A stretch of 64,000 bases of DNA, from contig CM120642.1 in NCBI GenBank assembly GCA_051362555.1, forward strand, positions 4,836,001 to 4,900,000, read 5' to 3'. Below the pieces are notes generated by a model. It worked only from the letters and a program-made list of their open reading frames with translations, had not been told where the DNA came from and ran no database searches. The translations under genes were made by a program, and so were the position numbers. The stretch's first letter is position 1. Each line of letters starts with the position of its first letter. The stretch is from Lingula anatina. Lineage: Eukaryota; Animalia; Brachiopoda. Below are positions 59,291-64,000 of the stretch, in pieces.

Positions 59291-60828
59291 TCCACTAATG
59301 TACATGTAATATACGTTATTCAATTAACCTTTATTTCTCCACCTGTTAAAAAATTAGTTAAAAGACTGTCGTCCAGTTTTGTAACAGCTACGATCTCCAG
59401 AGAGAGGATAGAACAAAGATATAAATCCAGGACCCCAAACTATAAGAATCCAAGATCATAAGCTCCAAGTTACATGCAGTTATCCTGCCTTCTGCACGGA
59501 GGAAACTTCCGCTCTACATGTCTTCACTTGTTCTTGACTCTAGGTTATATTGGTTATTGTAGTTCATATTGTTTGTAAAACACGTATTTTTATAAAAGAA
59601 ACCCAAACATTTATTGATCAGAATTTCAATTACACCGCTATTATATTATAGTTTAAATTAAACTCTGTAGGGAGAGAAAATTGTCAATTTGATACTGGAA
59701 ACAAAATGCTACCCGTGAAATCTGGCGATTTTAAAATATAAAACGAGATTTTATTCAGAGTTGAAAAAAATTGTTTACAATATCATATTGTAAAAACGCT
59801 GACAAAATTCAGCAATGTTTTACACAACCAACCAGCCATTCCTTTTTTAACGCAAAAAAAGGGGAAAAAAGAAAACGAAAAAAAAAAAAAAACTGTAATA
59901 AAAAACTTAACGAACAAGGGCAAGGGACACCACGCAAGTAAAAAACATGGTTTCCATAAAATTCCAACTAACATACCTTCAAGAAAATATTTCTGTGGTC
60001 AAGTTTTATGTCATACGATCTGATATAGCGGAATTATTAGCATTTACTAGATTATGTACCAGCCACTGCAATATAATGCAAAAAATAAACTATATTTGAA
60101 AAATCCTTTTCCATATAAGATTTCTGTATGACAAAAATATACTTCCGATTTCTCTACAGTAAGTAACAATGCCCAAAATAATATATACTGTAAAAATATC
60201 CTTTTCCAGGTGAGTTTGCTGATAAAATTGAACACCAACTTGTATATTTATATGATTTAGATATTATACATTTGTATGAATAGCAAACCCCATTCCATCA
60301 CACTTTTAAAACTGTATAATCAATCTATCACAGGGTGAGTAAACAGACACATACAAACTAAAATATACACAGTCAAAAAAATTTTGAGGTAAAACGTTAC
60401 TTCAAGTTATTGAGTATGTGTGAAGAGATCACACAACAATAAAGTTTTTATGCCTGGTAATTGCCCCCACCTCCTCCCTCAATAAAAACAAGTTTTTTTT
60501 TTGACATACATGTGCATTATGTTTTGTCTGGAAATTGTACTTTGCAAAAAATTTGGAAGTAATGGGCCTAAAAGCAATAATGACAATAATTATCATTCTT
60601 CAAGAAAGTCTTTAAGTTTCCCTTATTTAACCATTCAAAATGGACTTCTTTTCAGGAAAAAATAACGTTCTGACATAGTCTTTGTTAGACTTCTTATGTT
60701 TATGTTTTTAAAAAATAACATTAAAGGCTTGACAATTAATTTAAGTGATATAAGTAATATCTAGCAAACAAAATACATATTTGCACTTATATGAAAAAAT
60801 AATAGAGATAAAATCAGACAGTAACTCA

Positions 60829-61820
60829 TTACTGAAAACAAAGGTACTCTTGCATCAACATAGGTAATGGAAGAGACTTAACACTTTTAACAATACTCCT
60901 AAATCCAGTATGCTTTCTCAAATTGGCGCGAATAGAGATACGACACAGATCTCTGAGTGCCATTGGCTCATCGTTAAACTTGGTCAACCAATCACAAAAG
61001 GTTTTCAAGTCATTCAAATTCAAACTACCATCCTGGCTCAGCTGAAGGTATTGCAACTGCATGATGTTCAGCAGCTGCCTGCTGTCCCATCCACCTAGTA
61101 CCACCATATGGATTAAATTCATGACACTAGGGGGCAGGTGTGTGGAGGGAGGTGCCACCAAGAAGATGTCGGCACCAAATGCACCCTGGACTGGTAAGTC
61201 TTGTGTTGAAATGCTTGTCATGAACCTCACATTGGCACCATGAGAAATCAGCAGCATGGCGGCCTTGTAGTGACCTAGTTTTATGAGATGAACCAGGGGA
61301 GTGTGGCCCTGAAGGTTCACTGCTTCTAGATTGGCGTTACACTCCATCAATTGTACCATGGCTTTGAGACTCTTGTCTGTGGCACAGTGGAGAGGAGTGT
61401 TGCCCTCTTTATCTCTGTAGTTAGCCTGGTAATGAAGAATTTTCTAATTGTGTATCACTTAATTAAGTAATTAAGGAAGTATTACTTATGTCATTATTGT
61501 AAAAAAAAAAGATTTTTTGGATTAAATTAGTTGTGAGTATCAGTATAATGATCCATAACATGAAATAAAATATTCTCTTTGTCACCTCTCGTTTTCCAAT
61601 CACCTTTGGTCACCCACATAATCAGATTTATATCACATTCATATATTTAATTGTATTAGCTGGTATAGCAGATTCATTTTACAATTCATATATAAGGTTT
61701 CCATGAACAAGTGTTTACCTTGGCTTGATTATCACATAGCAATCTGACCATGCCTTGATGCCCATGCTGTACAGCAGCTTGCAACGCAGTGGCATCCAGC
61801 TTGCCAACAGGAAGATTAAC
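60829..61820 (-). CDS. Ankyrin repeat and SOCS box (ASB-like) protein, last two exons; 5' exons not identified in the window
   Basis: Exons 61820-61719 (ATALQAAVQHGHQGMVRLL) and 61425-60829 (DKEGNTPLH, GHTPLVH; SOCS box PMALRDLCRISIR...LPLPMLMQEYL); GT-AG, phase 0. Confidence 0.88.
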
Positions 61821-63199
61821 CTGCACAAAAAAATTTAAATAAACAGTTAATCAATCACTCAATCAAATCAAATCAATGAATATTACCACATTGATTTCTT
61901 TGACATGAAATGGCATGTGCAGGATTAGCAAAATGAGAAATGACAGAAAAAAGACATCACAGAAATTTCAAAACAAGGCAGCAAAGCTGTCAAATGTACA
62001 GACAAAAAACAGAAAAAAAAAGATGCAAAATAGGTCATTTTGTCAATTTTGATGCAATAATAAATGCTTATAATAGCACAGTCAGTCAACACTGATTTTT
62101 AATCATGCACAAGAGGTAACTTGGTTAATAACAGGAGCAGATCCAGAGATATTTTCTGACAGTATACCAAAGTATCTTTGTTGATCTATCCTCCATTTTG
62201 ATGGTCTTCCAACAGAAACCCGTTAATATAAACTTTTAAATCTGACTGACTTCCAGGAGACCCAGAAGATGGTCTCAATCCACCCCTTCAATAAGATTAC
62301 AGTTTCAGGACCATGAGAGTTAAAATTCACATGATGAAAGTCTCAATATATGAAAATTGATGACAGTGCATAAAATAATATTACAGCGTGTTTAAAGACA
62401 TAAATACCAATACAACTGCTTATGTGGAAATACTGAAAATGTTAGAGCCTCAGGTGAATGGGAGTTAAAAATCACATCTTAAAAATGCCAGTGTTGGAGA
62501 AAAAAATTAAAAAGAAAACAACAAAAATATAATTCCAATGAAGCTGCTATCCATGCTTCCTTATTATGGACACTATGTTATCTAGCGGAGAGCTTAACCT
62601 TTGGGAGTTTACAGGGAAATATCAACAAGTGTGCTTTATTAAATCTCATTTAATGGCCCCTTAATTAGGCAAATGAGTTTATAGCACTGAAATTAGCCCA
62701 GTGAATACCCAAGGGGAATTTACAGACTGACCACACAAATTTGTCTATCAAAGGTCTTCAGGCTCATAAGTCACACCTTAAGAAAAGCAGAAAACCATAA
62801 TGCACAGATACAGGAGACTGCCAATTCTGATGCAATAATACATTATGTTTAACTGCACAGTCAACATCAAATTTTAATTATGCACAACAGGTAACACTGA
62901 TGAAAGTAAAAGCATAAGGCTTCAGGCCCATCAGAATTCAAGTTTACAATTAGAAAGTGCCAGAATGAGAAAAATGAAAATTTCACAAAAAAATGCATAA
63001 ATTTAATAAAAATGATAATCCAATAGAGCTGGTTTTCTAATATGAGCTGTATGTCAATCCTAAAAATCATACTTGTAAGTTAAAAATAATAATAAGTAAC
63101 ACAGTTTTCTTTTCATAATGTTTGCAGTAGCAATGCAAAAATATTGTTGTCAATTTTGATGTAACATTACATAATAAATTATAGAATAATTATCACCAA

Positions 63200-64000
63200 T
63201 TTTTGATTATTGACAATAAATAGCATGGACATGTAGAAAATTTGATCACCATTCGGCTTCATGTCCATGGGAGCTCCGAGTCCCACAATGAATATGCCAA
63301 AAAGATAATGAATATTTCACTCAAATGTATAACTTCCAGAAAAAGAAGCCAATTAGACTGCTTTTCCAACTCATTCTGCATTTTAGTCCTGTGTTTCTTT
63401 TTTAAAGGTTTGACAGTCATAACACGGTTTTCCCATAATGGTCATCATGGCAGCAGCACCAAAAATTGTGTTTTCTTCTAATTTGATGCAACATTACATT
63501 ATGCTTAACAGTATAATGACCATCAATTTTTAATAATAGAATATTAGTAACATGGACATTCAGAAAACGTGACAAGCAAAGGTCTTCAGGATCTTGGAAC
63601 TTCAAAGTCACACCTTGAAAATGCCAATAAGTGAAAAATTAAATTTTCACAAAAAAACTGTTTAAATGCCAGAAAAAATTAACAAACAGACTGCATTGCC
63701 TACTGAAGCTGTATTTTAGACCCATGTTTCTTTCCTGTAAGTTTGAGAACAGTAATTGACATGATTTTTGTTAAATGGTCATCATGAGAGCAGTGCCCAA
63801 AATAGGGGTTTCTTCAAATTTTGATGCAATATTACATAATGTTTAACAGCATAATGACCATCAATTTTTAATAATGGAATATTAGTCACATGAACATTCA
63901 GAAAACGTGACTAGCAAAGGTCTGCAGGCTCATGGAACTTCAAAGTCACACCTTGAAAATGCCAATATGTGAAAAATTAAATTTTCACAAAAAACTGTTT
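63200..64000. repeat. ~340-bp tandem repeat with dispersed degenerate copies
   Basis: CATTCAGAAAACGTGAC...CAAAGTCACACCTTGAAAATGCCAATA occurs at ~63557 and ~63896; related sequence at ~62750-62900, ~24925-25400 and ~3555-3673. Confidence 0.75.

Noticed and set aside
54122-61820. Functional link between the BTB-like ORF and the neighbouring ankyrin-SOCS box gene (both cullin adaptors)
   Set aside because: The retroelement is a very recent insertion, so the proximity is most simply coincidental.

Overview
This is AT-rich, intron-containing animal DNA, probably from an invertebrate; the species cannot be determined from the sequence. Positions ~0.3-46.2 kb hold a tandem and inverted array of about 13 copies of a 3-exon GNAT acetyltransferase gene (YitH/holothin-acyltransferase-like, ~293 aa). 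Six copies look intact, one carries a single nonsense codon, and the rest are decayed or partial. The right-hand copies were co-duplicated with an intronless DxD glycosyltransferase (GT32/Caps_synth-like), present as one intact and two broken copies. A young 7,986-bp env-bearing Ty3/Gypsy LTR element (47380-55365; near-identical 466-bp LTRs, TTAC target-site duplication) is the most unusual object. Its integrase and the 5' part of env are replaced by a ~570-nt highly structured GC-rich segment, gag and pol overlap as a stop-start AUGA, and a fourth ORF after env resembles a BTB/POZ domain. Also present are a decayed second Gypsy element, two solo LTRs, a fold-back Tc1 derivative, MITEs, and the 3' exons of an ankyrin-SOCS box gene. 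All family assignments come from motif recognition by eye; no database search was run.
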